DNA of 53,116 nt, filler included, from Jimgerdemannia flammicorona (Eukaryota), in the NCBI GenBank assembly GCA_003990765.1. It is 2 parts of 2 records of this genome, joined end to end, with 100 filler letters (N's around TTAATTAATTAA, not from the genome) between each part and the next. Parts side by side here need not be neighbours in the genome. Positions count along the whole stretch, not along the records: positions 1 to 26,512 come from RBNJ01000722.1; 1 more part is not named here. One strand, 5' to 3'. Under the pieces are notes generated by a model, which did not search any database, was not told the DNA's origin, and saw nothing but the letters and a program-made list of their open reading frames with translations. The position numbers were made by a program, and so were the translations under genes. Below are positions 1-13,635 of this stretch, in pieces (positions within the stretch are counted from its first letter, which is position 1; every line of letters begins with the position of its first letter).

Positions 1-1146
1 GACAATGTATGGGCCAAGGACACTATCCCTATCACTATTGGAGCCATTGCAGGACATATCAAAGGATGCCCTACCTGCCTTAAGACACACAGGTGTCCCA
101 AGCACTCCTCCAGAATCATCAGAATATGGAATTCGCCTGGCACAGCCTGCCCCAAGTACAGAAAGAAGAAGAAGAAATGCAGATATGTTCCAAAGACACT
201 TGCAGCCAAAGCTGCAGAAGTACAAACAATCTGGGGTCAAGAGTCATCAGAGGAAGAAGAAACTCCCAAACAGGAGGTTCCTGAACAAGAAGCACCCAAA
301 GGAGAAGAAGTCCCCAAACTGATTCCCTGGGATGACCCTCACTGGACACCATCTGAAGATAATGACCCCTGGAATATGGAAGAAGGACCCAACACAATTC
401 CCATTATTCCCAAGAAAGAAACTCACAAAGAAAGAGCTTTTTGCCTAGGAAGATGTCTACACCAAATGGTCTTCCACTCTCTGTGAGACTACTGCTATCA
501 GTGCCATCTACTAGACCAGCAGGAAAGACAGAGACCCCAAAGACCAGAACCCCTGACTATAGTTCACAGTCAACTACCTTCCCAGAAGTTACTACTAAGT
601 TGCAAAGTTGATTTAGAGGACAATGTCTCTTCACCCAAACAGAAGTATACCCCTTATCCACTCTTCCCTCAACTTATGATCAAGATGGATACTGATTCCT
701 GAGACAACAAGAGATCAATAACTAGGAACAGCATTTCCGAGCAATGGAATGTTTTAACCATAGAAGACATCCAGACTGCCAAGACTGCAGACATTAGAAG
801 ATTCACCTCAGTCATGATGTTGAAATCCACACCTTAAAGAGAGGAGATAACAGATGCCAGATCTGAAAAGCCAGACCAAGAAGCCAGGAAGAAGGACCCT
901 TAAGATCTATGATTTAGGAGAAGATATCCTAGCTCTCATCAGACATGCAACCCACCAAGAATGGGTAGAAGATGCCACCAACTTCATGGAAGCCCTAGAC
1001 CCTACAGGAAAAAGAGGAATCAACTACCTCCAAGACCCCTCTACAGGAGCCAGATGGCTACACTTCAACCTCAGAGCCTGGAGGCTCTCTGCAAGTAGAG
1101 CTTCAGCTCAAGGACAGCCTGAACTCAGCAAGGATGTTGCTCAGTG

Positions 1147-1545
1147 TGCCCTGCTACATCCCAAGGCCAAACCCCCGACCAAAGCTCACTCAGAAGATAT
1201 AGGATATGATCTTCAAAGTCTGGAAAATGAATCAATCAAGCCTGGAAGAACATTTATGATCAGAACCAGACACACCATACAGCAACCTCAAGGAACTTAC
1301 ATTCAACTGACCTCAAGGTCTGAACTTGCCAGACAAGGAATAACCATAGAAGGAGGGACCTTTGACACAGGATATACAGGCAAAATCAAGGTCATCCTGC
1401 ACAACAGCAGCATAGAATGGCACCAAATCATAAGAGGACAGAAGATCACCCAAGCAATTTTCATGAAGGTCAAAACCCCACAATTACAAGAAGTCCCCAA
1501 ATTGACTGAAGGAATAAGGCAAGCCAAAGGATTTAGAAGCACAGA
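1147..1545 (+). pseudogene. dUTPase domain of Gypsy-1 pol, upstream of RT
   Basis: ORF 854-1786 carries recognisable dUTPase motifs: DIGYDL, TSRSELA, GGTFDTGYTGKI, GQKITQAIF, RQAKGFRST. Confidence 0.92.
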
Positions 1546-1938
1546 TAAGAAGGAAGTATACCTCCTTCAGATCAATCACCTCAAGAGGAATGTTCCCCAG
1601 AAAGTGTACTGCCAACCAGTAAAACTGCACAAGAATCTCATCCTGGAGTCTGTAAAGCTAACCACCTTCGAAATCTTTCCACCACCCGACCTCAGAAACC
1701 TCTTCTTTGAACCCAATGAAGATATCCCATACCTGGACATCGAAGGATACATATTTCCTGACAAGATGAATCCAGTGCACTCCTGAGCAACCAACCAAAG
1801 TTGAGAAACCATCATCTTGTCAAAAGGAACCATCATAGGATATCTGGTGCCTTTTCTCAATCAAACTTATAGAGAAATTAATGAACTAAACTTATTGCAA
1901 AACAGCAAAAGGTCCAAGAGGAAAGGAAAGGCCCCTCT

Positions 1939-3354
1939 GTGATCAAGGGGACAGTAAAGTCTTCCACTAACATTGGAGAAGAATTGATACCCCAGCAACA
2001 GCAACAACTTGTAGAACTCCTCAACAAATATCAAGATATCTTCACTACAGACTATGGCAACCTGCCATACAACCCATCATACCACTATAGCATAAATATA
2101 GAAAATGCATCACCCATCTGGCAGAAACCCTATAGAATACCCCATCACCTAAAGACATTCGAAAAGGAGTACATTCAAGAACTCTTGGACAATGGAGTCA
2201 TCTGACCCTCAACTAGCCCTTGGGCCAGGCCTATAGTTATTATACCAAAGAAAGGAGGATGGAGAATCTGTATAGATTACAGGAAACTCAATTCAGTCAC
2301 CAAAAAGGATACCTATCCTTTATCCAGAATTGATGACCTCTTGGATCAGTTAAAAAATGCCAGATACTTCAGCAGTATGGACCTTTTTACAGGATTCCAT
2401 GAGATCCCCATGGATCCCAAAGACATTCAAAAGACAGCCTTCCTTACTCTAGGAAAACTGTTTGAATATCTCCAAGCTCTTTGGACTTTACAATGCACCC
2501 CCTCATCTTTCAGAGGATGATCAATTCAGTCTATTCCCCCCTGATCTACCACTGCCTGACTGTATACATGAATGATTCCAACATCTATTCAGCAAACTTT
2601 GAGGAATACCTACACCACCTAGAAGAATTTTTCAAGCTCACCTGCAAGAACCACCTAAGACTTAATACCTGGGAAACAGAAACTTGAATTCCTTGGATTC
2701 GTAGTTTCGGAAGAAGAAACCCATGCAGACCTAAAGAAAACTGAGAAGATCAACAACTGGCCAATACCCAAGACCCAAAAGGAAACATTTTCCTTCCTGA
2801 TACTAGTATCCTACTACCGAAGATTCATTAAGGACTTTGCTCAGATTGCCACCCTAATCTGAACCCTTCTCAAGAAAGAAGTGCCTTACAAATAGATGAA
2901 ATCACAAGAAAGAGCCTTCAAGGAACTCAAGAACTGCATGACTACAGTACTAATTCTTGTGCACCCCAATATACAGAAGCTATTCATCTTATACACAGAT
3001 GCTTCCAAAGATGGCCTTAGAGCAGTTCAAGCCCAAGAAGGACCTGATCAGCAGCACCATGTGATAGCTTATGCAAGCTGAGCTACTAATCAGCAGCAGA
3101 TGAACTATGGTAGCACCAAATTGGAATGCCTTGAAGTCATATAGGTGGTCACTCTGTTCAAGCATTATCTTATTGGAAAAAGATTCACTCTGATAACTGA
3201 CCATATAGCCCTCAAATGGTTATTCAACTGCAAGTAACCTACTGAAATCTTGGCCCACTAGATTCTCATCCTTCAGGATTACAAAATCACCATCATCCAC
3301 AAAGCAAGGAAAGCTCACAACAATGTTGATGTACTTTTCTGCCAACCCCAATGA
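1939..3354 (+). pseudogene. Reverse transcriptase and RNase H of Gypsy-1
   Basis: KPYRIP, DYRKLNSVTKKDTYPLSRIDDL, SMDLFTGFHEI, VYMND(D), LVSYYRRFIKDFAQIA, YTDASK, HKARKAHNNVDVL; broken by stops. Confidence 0.93.
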
Positions 3355-4017
3355 ATCAGAAGAAGGGTGTCCCAAGGAACTGCACCCTAAAAGAAGCTCC
3401 TCAGACCCTCAAGGTATAAGAAGATCTCATCTGAAAAGAATATCAGAAAGCTCATCAAGGACATTTTTTTTATTTTTATTTTTTATTATTAAATAAGTAT
3501 TCAATAGAGGAAAAGGTTTTAGTGAGATGTGATGCTGATACAGTGGATATGAAGGTTGGCAGTAAAAGTTAAGCAATAGGAAATGATCAGTTTATGTAAA
3601 TTTTCACGACAGAGTGAGAAGGTAGAATAAAGCATTTTTCAAAGCAAGGTGCAATTGATCTACAACCTGCCCATGGCACCACAATACATGATAGTCTTTA
3701 TTCTAATTAGAAAATAAAGTTCAAGTACAAAAGCCATAGATCTAACTCCAGAATTCCAGTATTGGAATGGTGCATAAGTACCTAGACCTTGCTCTTATCC
3801 AAACAAAAGTCTGAATAGAGCATCATGGATCTACACACATGATAGGCCATTAAAAATCTGATATAGAAATAATTGGGAAAAGATACTGGTCATGTGATCA
3901 AATGTTAAAAATGTATAAACAAATACCAAAAATGGAACTAGACCAATGATGATCATATGTCATCACATAATTGTCACTTATAGGTTTAAAAACCTAAAAA
4001 TCATCAGCACCTAAAGG

Positions 4018-4247
4018 CGCAGGTGTCAGGTCTAGACCCTCATGACTGGAGTAGAGTAGAGCCTCAGCACTAGAGTGAGTGAAGTGAGTGAAGGTAGACA
4101 GGCATCATGGAGCAGGCATCAGGCCTAGAGCCTCATGACCAGAGTAGAGTAGAGCCTCAGCACTGGAGAGAGTGAAGCAAGTGGAGGTAGACAGGCATCA
4201 TAGAGCATAGGTATACAGGTGTCAGGCCTAGAGCCTCATGCAAGAGG
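4018..4247. repeat. Tandem ~95-bp unit (about 2.3 copies) in the PLE terminal repeat
   Basis: Unit caggcctagagcctcatgac...gagcctcagcac...ggtagacaggcatcat repeats here; single related copies at ~12960-13095 and, inverted, ~16855-16985. Confidence 0.8.
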
Positions 4248-5322
4248 TTGTCTGGTGAGTTTTTGCATTTTTAACATCACAACACATATATGGGTGGTTC
4301 AGCCTCACAGAGGACTTAGAGCAAAACTGGTATTTTAGATGGTATTAAGAACAGTAAAACCATTCTTCTGAGCAATGATAGGTCAGCAGACAGTCTCAGG
4401 GAAACTAAAGCAAACCAAAGCTATATATAGAGTCTTGGTAGGTTATTGATGTAGCTATTGGGCTATATCATATTGAATGACAAGTAGCAGGGGTGGAAAA
4501 GTGGAGTGGGGTATTAGGGCATGAGAAAGAAGGAGAAGGATTAAAATTAAAGTTCAAACCTCAAGCCAATCAACCAAACTCAATTGAGTGGTTACAATAT
4601 CAACATTGTATCCTTTCCTGTGAAGCAGGAATTTGGCCAAAGACTGACACTCATCAAGCCAATCATAGTGAGATGAGCAGAGTAGCAATAGGTAGTGGGC
4701 CTTATTCACAATATATAGATGTAGTGTCTTCCTAGAGTAATTACTCAACCAATCAACAAACTATATACTATGTGGGAATTTGGTGAAGCAGTTTGTATGA
4801 AATAGTGCAACTTGAATTTCCAAGTCCAAGTAATGGCATGGTCTAGTAGACAAGACTTCCCATTTGATATAATGATGTTGGGGATATACAGTACTAAAAA
4901 CTGAGGCCAAGTCTATCTTTGCAGGCATAAAGATGATCAAGTCATCAATAAACCAGGAGAACTTTAGCCTGACTATAATGGCTCAGCTTAGCAGATGGTA
5001 TAGTACTTACAAGGCACTCATGAGTGAAGCCAATAAGATTGACAAGATCTGGAGCACAATTGGTGCCCATAGCAATGCTAGTTACTGAGTGGAAGGAACT
5101 GATGGCAGATGTAAATATTATATAGGTCTTGACTATATGGACAAGGCTGAGAATGGCTTTAAGCAGCAAAGAGCCAGAGGGAAAGGCTACAGTTGACAAA
5201 AAGGTGAGGCAGTCAATGCACTCATATAATGTGATTCTGGTGTAGAATGTGGTGAAATCCCCAGTAGCAATGAGGAAGTAAGCTGACATGTCTAGGTAAT
5301 CTGATTGAACTAATTGTAAAAT

Positions 5323-5471
5323 TGTTGTGGAATACTTGGAATGGAGAGAGCAAGAGAGAGTTTATTGATCCCAGCTTACATGCTTTTATGTGTTCTAGAT
5401 TGATGACATATCCAAAGATTGGCTGCGCTACCACATATTGAGATATAACCCAAATTCTAGAAATTTCAACA
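5323..5471 (-). repeat. Copia 3' LTR
   Basis: Direct repeat of 10166-10314 with TG...CA ends and about 11 differences, all transitions. Confidence 0.96.
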
Positions 5472-5726
5472 CTCCTGCTCAATGAGATATGTAAAGAAAA
5501 ACTAAGTTATAACTATTGCAGATCCCACCACAATATTCAGATTGCTATCTAGGAACTGAAAAATACTCGATTTCCCTGCTTAAAAGCTCGAAAATAGGTT
5601 GAAAAAGTAATGCAATGAACATACATAGATAAGGAATGTTGGTAGAAATCACCAATGCAGGAATCAATGTTAAAGAAGCTTGCTGTCACTCTATTATCCT
5701 ATCTCATCCTGAATTGTCCTTAATTA

Positions 5727-8700
5727 CCAGTTTAGAGTCCCGTAATACCCATTCCTTACACACATAAGTCAAACTTTGCCTTTAGAAGGGCTTTAGTCAA
5801 TGAATCTGCCATCATATATTCTGTTGGGGTGTATTCAAGGTGTATAGTGCCGTTTTCCACGCATTCATGTATGAAATGATGCTGTATGTCAATGTGTTTC
5901 ATTCTGGCGTGATGTATAGGGTTCTTCGCCAAAGCTATTGTAGACTGATTGTCTTGTTGGAGTAGTGTAGGGTTTCATTCCTGAGAGAATCCCAACTCTT
6001 TTAACAGTTCTCAAAGCCATATAGCTTCCTTTGTTGCTGTTGACAATGCTTGATATTCTGCTTGCATAGAGGATGTCACCACCGATGATTGCTTACGTGT
6101 TTGCCATGAAATAGCTTCTTTTCCATTTAGTTTAAAGATGTATCCTGTCGTAGACCATCTGTCATCCAAATCACCAGCCCAATCGGCATCGCATATGCCA
6201 GAGAGATTTACAGTACTCCCGCTTACTCCTTTGCTGTTGTTGCCTAAGCTGAGCGTATAATGTACTGTACCTTTGATATACTGAAGAATGTGCTTAACTG
6301 CCATCCAATGTGAATTATCATAGCATGACAAGTATTGCACCACTTTGTTGACTGCAAATGATATGTCAGGTCTCGTCCCAAGCATAAGATACATGAGGGA
6401 TCCCACAGCTTGTCGATAGGGGATGTTGTTATTTTCAAGCATAGTTCCAGACTTCTTTAACCTCACAGACGTCTCCATCAGTGTTCCGACTGGCTTGCAC
6501 TCACTCATGCCAAATCACTCGAGTATTGTCTGAATGTAGGCTTCTTGGCTTAGGTGTATAGTACACGTGCTCCTGTCATGTATGATGGATATCCCCAAAA
6601 GGAAAGATGTGTCACCCATATCTGTCATCTTGAACTTCTTACATAATGCCGCCTTTACTTCATTGATCTCACTTGTCATCCCAACCAGAATGATATCGTC
6701 AACCCAAATTCCCAGATACACCGTTCCTGAGAATGTATGACAAGTGTATATGCATGGGTCTGCTTTGCATCATTTGAACCCATTCTCTTCTATGAGATAA
6801 TCGTCGATCTTTTGATTCCACAGCCTCGCCGCCTGTTTTATGCCATAGAGGCCTTTGCATAGTCTGCATACTAACTCCTTCTCGTTGTCATAGAGTTTGT
6901 ATTCTTGTGGTTGAAGAATGTATAGTTCGGTATCCACGTCTCCATTTAGGAAGGCTGTCTTAACATCATAGTCATACTTGGCTCCGATCACAAGAAGTAT
7001 TCTAAGCGAAGTAAGCTTAAATACCAGGGAAAACATTTCATCGTAGTCGACTCCAAAGTCTTGTGAATACCCCTTTGCTACAAATTGGACCTTGTATCAT
7101 TCTATGTCGCCATTGCTATCACGCTTAATTTTATACACCCATCAGGATCCTATGGCTTGTCGATTTGCCAGAAGAGGGACCAAGTCCCACATGTCATTCT
7201 CGATGAGTGAGTTATACTCCTCGTCTATAGCCTTTTTCCACTCCTTTTTATCATTCGAATGAATGGCTTCGTCATAGTGTGCTGGCTCACTGGTCGTTGC
7301 TATGTAAGTGCATTTGCAGGCATAGTTCACGTGATGTTGTTTGCGATGAGATGACTTGGGTGGGTTCCAGTAATTTCTCAGATCTGCTTGGACTTCGTTA
7401 TCCATCTCAGATTTGTGCTTCTTCTTACCCTTCGGAGAGATATCTTCCTCTTTGTTATCTGAAATCTCTGTAATTCTCGGTTCAGGAGGTCTCGTAGGTA
7501 CTTGCGCCATTGATCTTGTTGGCATTGGTTGTGCCATTGTTGTTGGAATCATTGGTGTAGTATTCGCGCTCACCGTTGGCATAATTCCACTTGCCATTGG
7601 ATTGATTACGAGTATAGGAATTTCCATGCAACCTTCCTTTGCTTTCTCTTTGAACTGAACATCACGAGAGATGATTATACCATGCTTTTGCATATTCCAC
7701 AGCCTATACACTGATCCGTCATATCCAAGGAATATATGCTTATCTGCCTTAGGCTCGAATTTTCCTCTATTTCCGCTTTTATCCAATACATAAGCCTCGC
7801 TTCCAAATGTCCGTAAGTGTGAGACATCGGGCTTGGATCTGCTTCACAGTTCTTCAGGTGTAAGGTTATCATCCTTAGACTGTACGTCACTCTCTTTGCA
7901 TAAGGCTCGAGAAATGCATCGATTACGTATATATACTGCTGTGTTCAATGCTTTGGTCCAGAAGGATTACAGCAGGCTAGCTGCATTCATCATCATTCGG
8001 GCCATCTCGACAATCGTTCGATTGAACTGTTCCACTACGACATTTTGTTGCCGTGTATAGGGAGCCATTCTAATATGTCATATTTCATGCTCTTTTAAAA
8101 AATGTTTAAAGGACTTATTTACATATTCTGTCCCATTATCCAAGCGTAGCATCCCTATCTGACGTTTTGTATTGTTCTCCATGCTTGCCTTGAATTCTTT
8201 GAATTTCTTGAATGCTTCGCTCTTTGCAGAGAGGAAGTATACATGGACCTTATGAGTGTACTCATCTATGAAAGTAATGAAGTACTTCTTCCCAGAGTGT
8301 GTTGCCATTCACATGGGGCCGCAGATATCCATATGTATCAGGTCAAGAATGCTGGCCGCTCACTTCATTCATTCCTAAAAAGGTTGCCGGGAAGCCTTGT
8401 TTGCCACGCATCCATCACAAAAACTGAAATCTGGTGGCATATAGTCTGGTAAACCGTATACGGACTTGCTCCTTATCATCTGTTCCAGGCTCGTCTCGCC
8501 GATATGTCCTAAGCATTCATGCCATATATATCAGAGATCCTCTCCAGTCGTAGTTGCAGAATATGCGAATGATGCACCACTCGGCATACCATCAATTGAG
8601 TATAAGTTCCCCTTCTTCAATGCATACATTAACTCCTTATTGTTCTTTAGATTGATTACTGTTACACCATTCAGGCATATATTTACTCTTTTATCACCTT

Positions 8701-10099
8701 GAGCCATCATCCGGCCTATTGAGAAGAGATTTTTGCCTATATCTGGGGCGTATAGTATGTCCGTAAAGATGCCTAAGGGTTCATCAACATTCCCGTGTAG
8801 ATGTATGCCAATGTTGCCTTTGCCTTGAGCATAGATGACATTATTATTGCCTAACTTGATGGGTACAGGATGCTCGAATTGTTCATATGTGGAAAACCAC
8901 TCACGATGTGCTGTCATATGCTGGGTTGTGCCTGAATCCATGAGCCAGACTTCTTCACTGCATGTATAAGCACTGCTCAGTACATAACCCACATTGGCAC
9001 TTATGTCACCGCTTTTCACTGTCGGAAAAGTGTTTTGTTGACCAGGATTTGTAGATGTCGAACTGGTGGAATTGCATCTGCAACTGGCATTGGTGGAACT
9101 GGCAGTTGGTTCCGAATTTCCTCCTATTTCAATGGTTTCTGCATATGGATAGGTTACCACTTCTGCAAAGAATAGACCTCCACTACCACTGTTTTCATTG
9201 TTAGCATCCACCGCATTTGCCTGCCATTGTCCTTGCTATTGGCCACCCTTTTCCTTCTTCTTACAGTTGCAGTCCTGCTCATGATATCCACACTTATTAA
9301 AGCAAAAGCATTTACCATCGAATTTCTCACGTTGCTGGCCTCAACCTTTGTTTGGCTTGCCTTTGCCTCATTCACATGCTCCACTATAGAATGCTTTCTC
9401 GTCATATTCCTCATTGGCATTGTTGCTGCCTAGCCTTGTTTCCTCATTTAAAAGGCTTGTGACAACATGCTTATAATCTGATAATCTGCCAGATTCCCTC
9501 ATAGCAGCGACAACCACATTGTACACTTCGGGAAGGCCTCGTATAAGAGCCAGAACCTTGTCTTCATCCTTGATGGTGTCCGCCAGCGTAGATGTAAGGG
9601 AATTCACTTGATTCGCCAGCTCATTGACTCGATTGGCATAGTCCTGGATGCTCTCCTTGGACTTAATTCGAAGATTGAATAGTTGCGCCTTTAAGTGGAA
9701 TCTGTTTGACACGGATGCCTATTGATGGTGATTGCGTAAAATCTCCCAGGCTTCATTCGCCATTGTAGCATTGATTACCAGCTTCATTTGCACATTCAAA
9801 AGGGTGAACATAATCTCCCTTAGCACTTTGCGATCTTTCATGGCATCATATGTTGTTACTTGCACCTGTGGCTTCCAGTAGTCCTCCAAACCACATTCTT
9901 CTAGGAGATACTTCATATGGTACACCCATATGGCATAGTCCTTACTGTCAAAGACAGGAATCATCCTCTTTACCATTGATGTTGGCACCACTGCCAGAAT
10001 GTTCATTGTCATGGGAGAGAAACTCGTTCCGGCTGTGTTTGTATTCATGTTACCAGAACTTGGCAGTGTGCTGCTAGCACTGCTTGGACTAGTAGCCAT
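5727..10099 (-). pseudogene. Copia gag-pol (gag-protease-integrase-RT-RNase H)
   Basis: gag (YAIW...LLEECGL; LIRGLPEVY), protease WLMDSGTTQHMT, integrase KYFITFIDEY and LRLDNGTEY, RT DVKTAFLNG, GLYGIKQAARLW and IWVDD, RNase H CDADWAGD...STTGY. Fragmented by stops. Confidence 0.95.
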
Positions 10100-10147
10100 T
10101 GTATAGCATAGTGTAGCGTATGTGTAAGAGGGGTGTATAGCCGCTAA

Positions 10148-10163
10148 CTGGGGCTCATAACCT
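10148..10163 (-). promoter_or_regulatory. Primer-binding site complementary to the initiator tRNA-Met anticodon arm (half-tRNA priming, Hemivirus type)
   Basis: Minus strand reads GGTTATGAGCCCCAG two bases after the 5' LTR, the same type of PBS as yeast Ty5 and Drosophila copia. Confidence 0.85.
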
Positions 10164-10165
10164 AT

Positions 10166-10314
10166 TGTTGTGGAATACTTGGAATGGAGGGAGCGAGAGA
10201 GAGTTTATTGATCCCAGCTTATATGCTTTTACATGTTCTAGATTGATGATGTATCCAAAGATTGGCTGTGCCACCACATATCGAGATATAACCCAAATTC
10301 TAGGAATTTCAACA
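10166..10314 (-). repeat. Copia 5' LTR
   Basis: Direct repeat of 5323-5471, followed by PBS and gag. Confidence 0.96.
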
Positions 10315-13300
10315 AAAATTTTGAGCATATCATATAGAGGTGAGTAACACAAGTAACCCACATTTTGGCATAGATGGGCTGACCACAGACAGAGAAAGTG
10401 AGATAGGAAATGTGAAATCTCAGTCATAGAAGAGTTCAAAGCACCAATGATAGGGTACTATGCTATGCATGCCCCTTTGTGTACTTTGGGCAAAGCATAA
10501 AACACAGATAGCTTATTATCATTGGGTTCCATGAGGTGATTCCAGACTGATATGCAACTTGTGTCATTAATACAGAACTCTAATAGACTCAATAGGTCTA
10601 ACTTCACTGATTCTCTAATATTATCAATTATAGAGAGATTGTTCATATATATAGGATCATGAAGGAGAGACTGAAGACCATTGAGATATAGAGCATATGG
10701 AAGTATAGTGAACCTCAGATTTTTGTCAGTAAGACAGACAGTAAAGTCATCATGAGTTTGGACATCTTTGAGAAGGCATTGGAACTTCTTTGGTATAAGC
10801 ATGCCAGACACATTCATTATGGGTCAGACTTGATTTAGTGTGGCAGCCATATGAAGCATAATTTACATATTTTCCATATAGTGTAGTAGTCACCATTTGG
10901 ATGGCACCCAGGCAGAGATCTCTGGGATATTGTTGGGATTATCCATAGAGGTTCAGAAGGTGGCAAGGTCAAGACATCATTGAAATGATGACAGCAAAAT
11001 TGGATCAATGGTGCTGTTCATCAATGCTGACCTGGGGGGAACAAACTTAGGGCCAAAGTTCAGTATATATGTGAGCTCAGGAGCAAGCCAAGGCAGAGAT
11101 ATATTGGTAACAAAGCCCTCCTCAGTAAACATCTGAAACTGAGAGATAAAAAACTGACTTAAATAGAAACCAGGAAGAGTTGACATGAAGGCAAAATCCT
11201 GAATTAGTTTTGAGGCAGCTACTCTATATGGAATGGAGACATCAGGGACAACTATGCTGCCAGGAAGTCATATAAGACTTCTGGGCTGGAAATCTCTAGT
11301 TTTTTGATGCTAAAGGACAGATATCACCAGTGTTGTGCCAGACAACATGATGTTTGGTAGCAGTACACTTGTTGTACTGTGGCACAAACACTCTGGTAGC
11401 ACTCTTGGAGAAGTGACTTGAAGTCGATAAGCAGCTCATATAGGTAGAAGTAGAAGAAACAGATGGAGAAGACAAAGCCTTATATGCTCACTTGACCCCT
11501 TTTACAGAACCCTCTGATAAGGCAGGGGATAGGGGACAAGGATCCCAATGAGTCTTTGTAGGGACACCAAGGCATCCAGAATAGTTGTAGCAGTTCAGCA
11601 CAATGGAGGCTAAAGTCATACTCACCCCCTTAACCTTTTCTGCAGCCCCTGCAGATGTGGTGGTAGAGGATCAGAGAGTGGAGACACTCTTTTTCAGCTG
11701 GGTGGAACCAGTGGCAATAGAAGCAAATGTACATTTGGCACCAAGAGTAACAATCTTGGGGTACTTCCCAAGCTCCTCAACTATAACTTTGTGGGCAGTA
11801 GCAGTTCCCTCTTGAAGAGATGAGGATGTGAGAACTATCAGGTGGACTGCAGTAGTAGTGGCTTTAGCAGTGGCAGCAGTAGCGAGATAGTGAGATTGAT
11901 GTATAATAAAGTCAAAACTATAAAGTAGAAACAAGTTTGTCTTGGCCTAGTCAGTAGTAACAAGAGTCGCAATATTCTTCCCAGCCCCTTGGGTGGTATC
12001 AGCTAGAATCCCAAAAAAGGCAAGTGCTTCTATGAAAACCCTCATAACTTTGTTAATTTTAGCATTTGTCCTTAGTGTGCTGGGTGGTGGTATCTTGATC
12101 AGATATGGCAGCCTCAATTGTGGCTTCAGTGTGGCGCTTGGCTTCAGCAGATACAATAATAAGGGTGACATCACACTATTCCTCTAGAAGGAGGGCAATC
12201 ACATCAGTAACCTTCTTGGAAGAGATAAACTTCCATTCAGTAAGTTGGACCAGCAGGAAGGCAGTATGGCACTTGTAAGTGATAGCTACCTTGAGGGCAT
12301 GGAGTACTCCAGTGTGAGCAGCATGGAAGATAATGCAGCCAGGTCATTGAACTTCATCAAGTCAGCAAAGGAAGTGGTGGAGATAGCAGCATCACCATCT
12401 ACATTCATATTATCTATCATGTTATGTATTATTAAATGAGTAGACAATAGAGAAAAAGGTTTTAGCAAGATGTGATGCTGATATGGCAGATATGAAATTT
12501 GGCAGTAAAAGTCAAATAATAGAAAATGATCAGTTTTTGTAAATTTTCACAATGAAGTGAGAATGTGGAATAAAGTGTTTTCCAAAGTAAGGAGCAATTG
12601 ATCTGCAAACTGCCCACAGTACCACAATATATGATGGTCTTTATTCAAATTAAAAAACAAAGTTTGAGTACAAAAGACATAGATCTAACCCTGGAATTCC
12701 AGAATTAGAATGGTATATAAGTACCCAGACCTTGCTTTATCTAAACAAAAGTCTGAATTGGGTATCATCAATCTATATACATGACAGATCATTAAAAACC
12801 CAATATAGAAATGTTCAGAAAAAGGTACTGGTCATGTGATCAAATGTTACATATGCATAAACGAATGCCAAAAATGGAACTAGACCAATAATGATTATAT
12901 ATTATCATGTGATTGTCACTTATAGGTTTAAAAACCTAAAAATCATCAGCACTCAAAGATACAGATATCAGGCCTAGAGCCTTGTGACTGGAGCAGAGTA
13001 GAGCCTCAGCACCAGAGTGAGCAAAGCAAGTGGAGATAGATAGGCATCACAAAGTATAGGTACACAGGTATTAGGCCTAGAGTCTTGCACCAGAGGTTGT
13101 CTAGTGATTTTTTGTATTTTTAAACCTATAAGTGACAATCACATGGTGAAATATGATCCACATTGGTCTAGTTCTGTTTTTGGCATTTGTTTATACATAT
13201 GTAACATTTGATCATATGACTAGTACCTTTTCCTGATTATTTCTATATCGTGTTTTTAATGGCCTATCATGTGTATAGATCAATGATGCCCGATTCAGAC

Positions 13301-13635
13301 ATTTGTTTGGATCAGGGCAAGGTCTGGGTACTTATGCACTGTTCCATTTCTGGAATTCCAAGGTTAGATCCATATCTTTTATACTTGAACTTTGTTTTCT
13401 AATTTGAATAAAGACCACATATGTATTATGTTACCATAGGCAGGTTACAGATTAATTGCACCTTGCTTCAGAAAATACTTTATTCTACCTTCTTGCTCTG
13501 TCTTGAAAATTCACATAAACTGATTGTTTCCTATTACTTGACTTTTACTGCTGACCTTCATATCCACTGTATCAGCATCACATCTTGCTAAAACCTCTTC
13601 CTCCATTGTCTACTCATTTAATAATACACAACATA

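Larger units (their letters stand above)
5323..10314 (-). mobile_element. Full-length decayed Ty1/Copia LTR retrotransposon nested in the PLE RT
   Basis: 149-bp LTRs TGTTG...CAACA at 5323-5471 and 10166-10314; 5-bp TSD AAAAT (5318-5322, 10315-10319); PBS at 10148-10163; purine tract at 5472-5482. Confidence 0.97.
3464..13120 (-). mobile_element. Penelope-like element (PLE), endonuclease-deficient, minus-strand arm; interrupted by a Copia element at 5323-10314
   Basis: PLE RT motifs LNFGPKFVP (10977-11186), TDKNL and FYALPKVHK (10458-10817), ATGDFTTFYTRI and IAMGTNCAPDLVNL (4945-5289), SNYS...KGY (4554-4748). Direct terminal repeats ~3485-4270 and ~12428-13120. A-rich 3' tail read as a T-run at 3464-3490. 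Confidence 0.85.

Noticed and set aside
854..1786. Host or viral stand-alone dUTPase gene
   Set aside because: It is embedded directly upstream of Gypsy RT-RNase H and decayed in the same way.
10458..11186. Telomerase or group II intron reverse transcriptase
   Set aside because: Two decayed copies with direct terminal repeats and the GPKF, DKN and LPKVHK motifs fit a Penelope-like element better.
13121..13626. Canonical hammerhead ribozyme in the PLE terminal repeat
   Set aside because: No CTGANGA...GAAA core with matching stems was found by eye, although decay could hide it.
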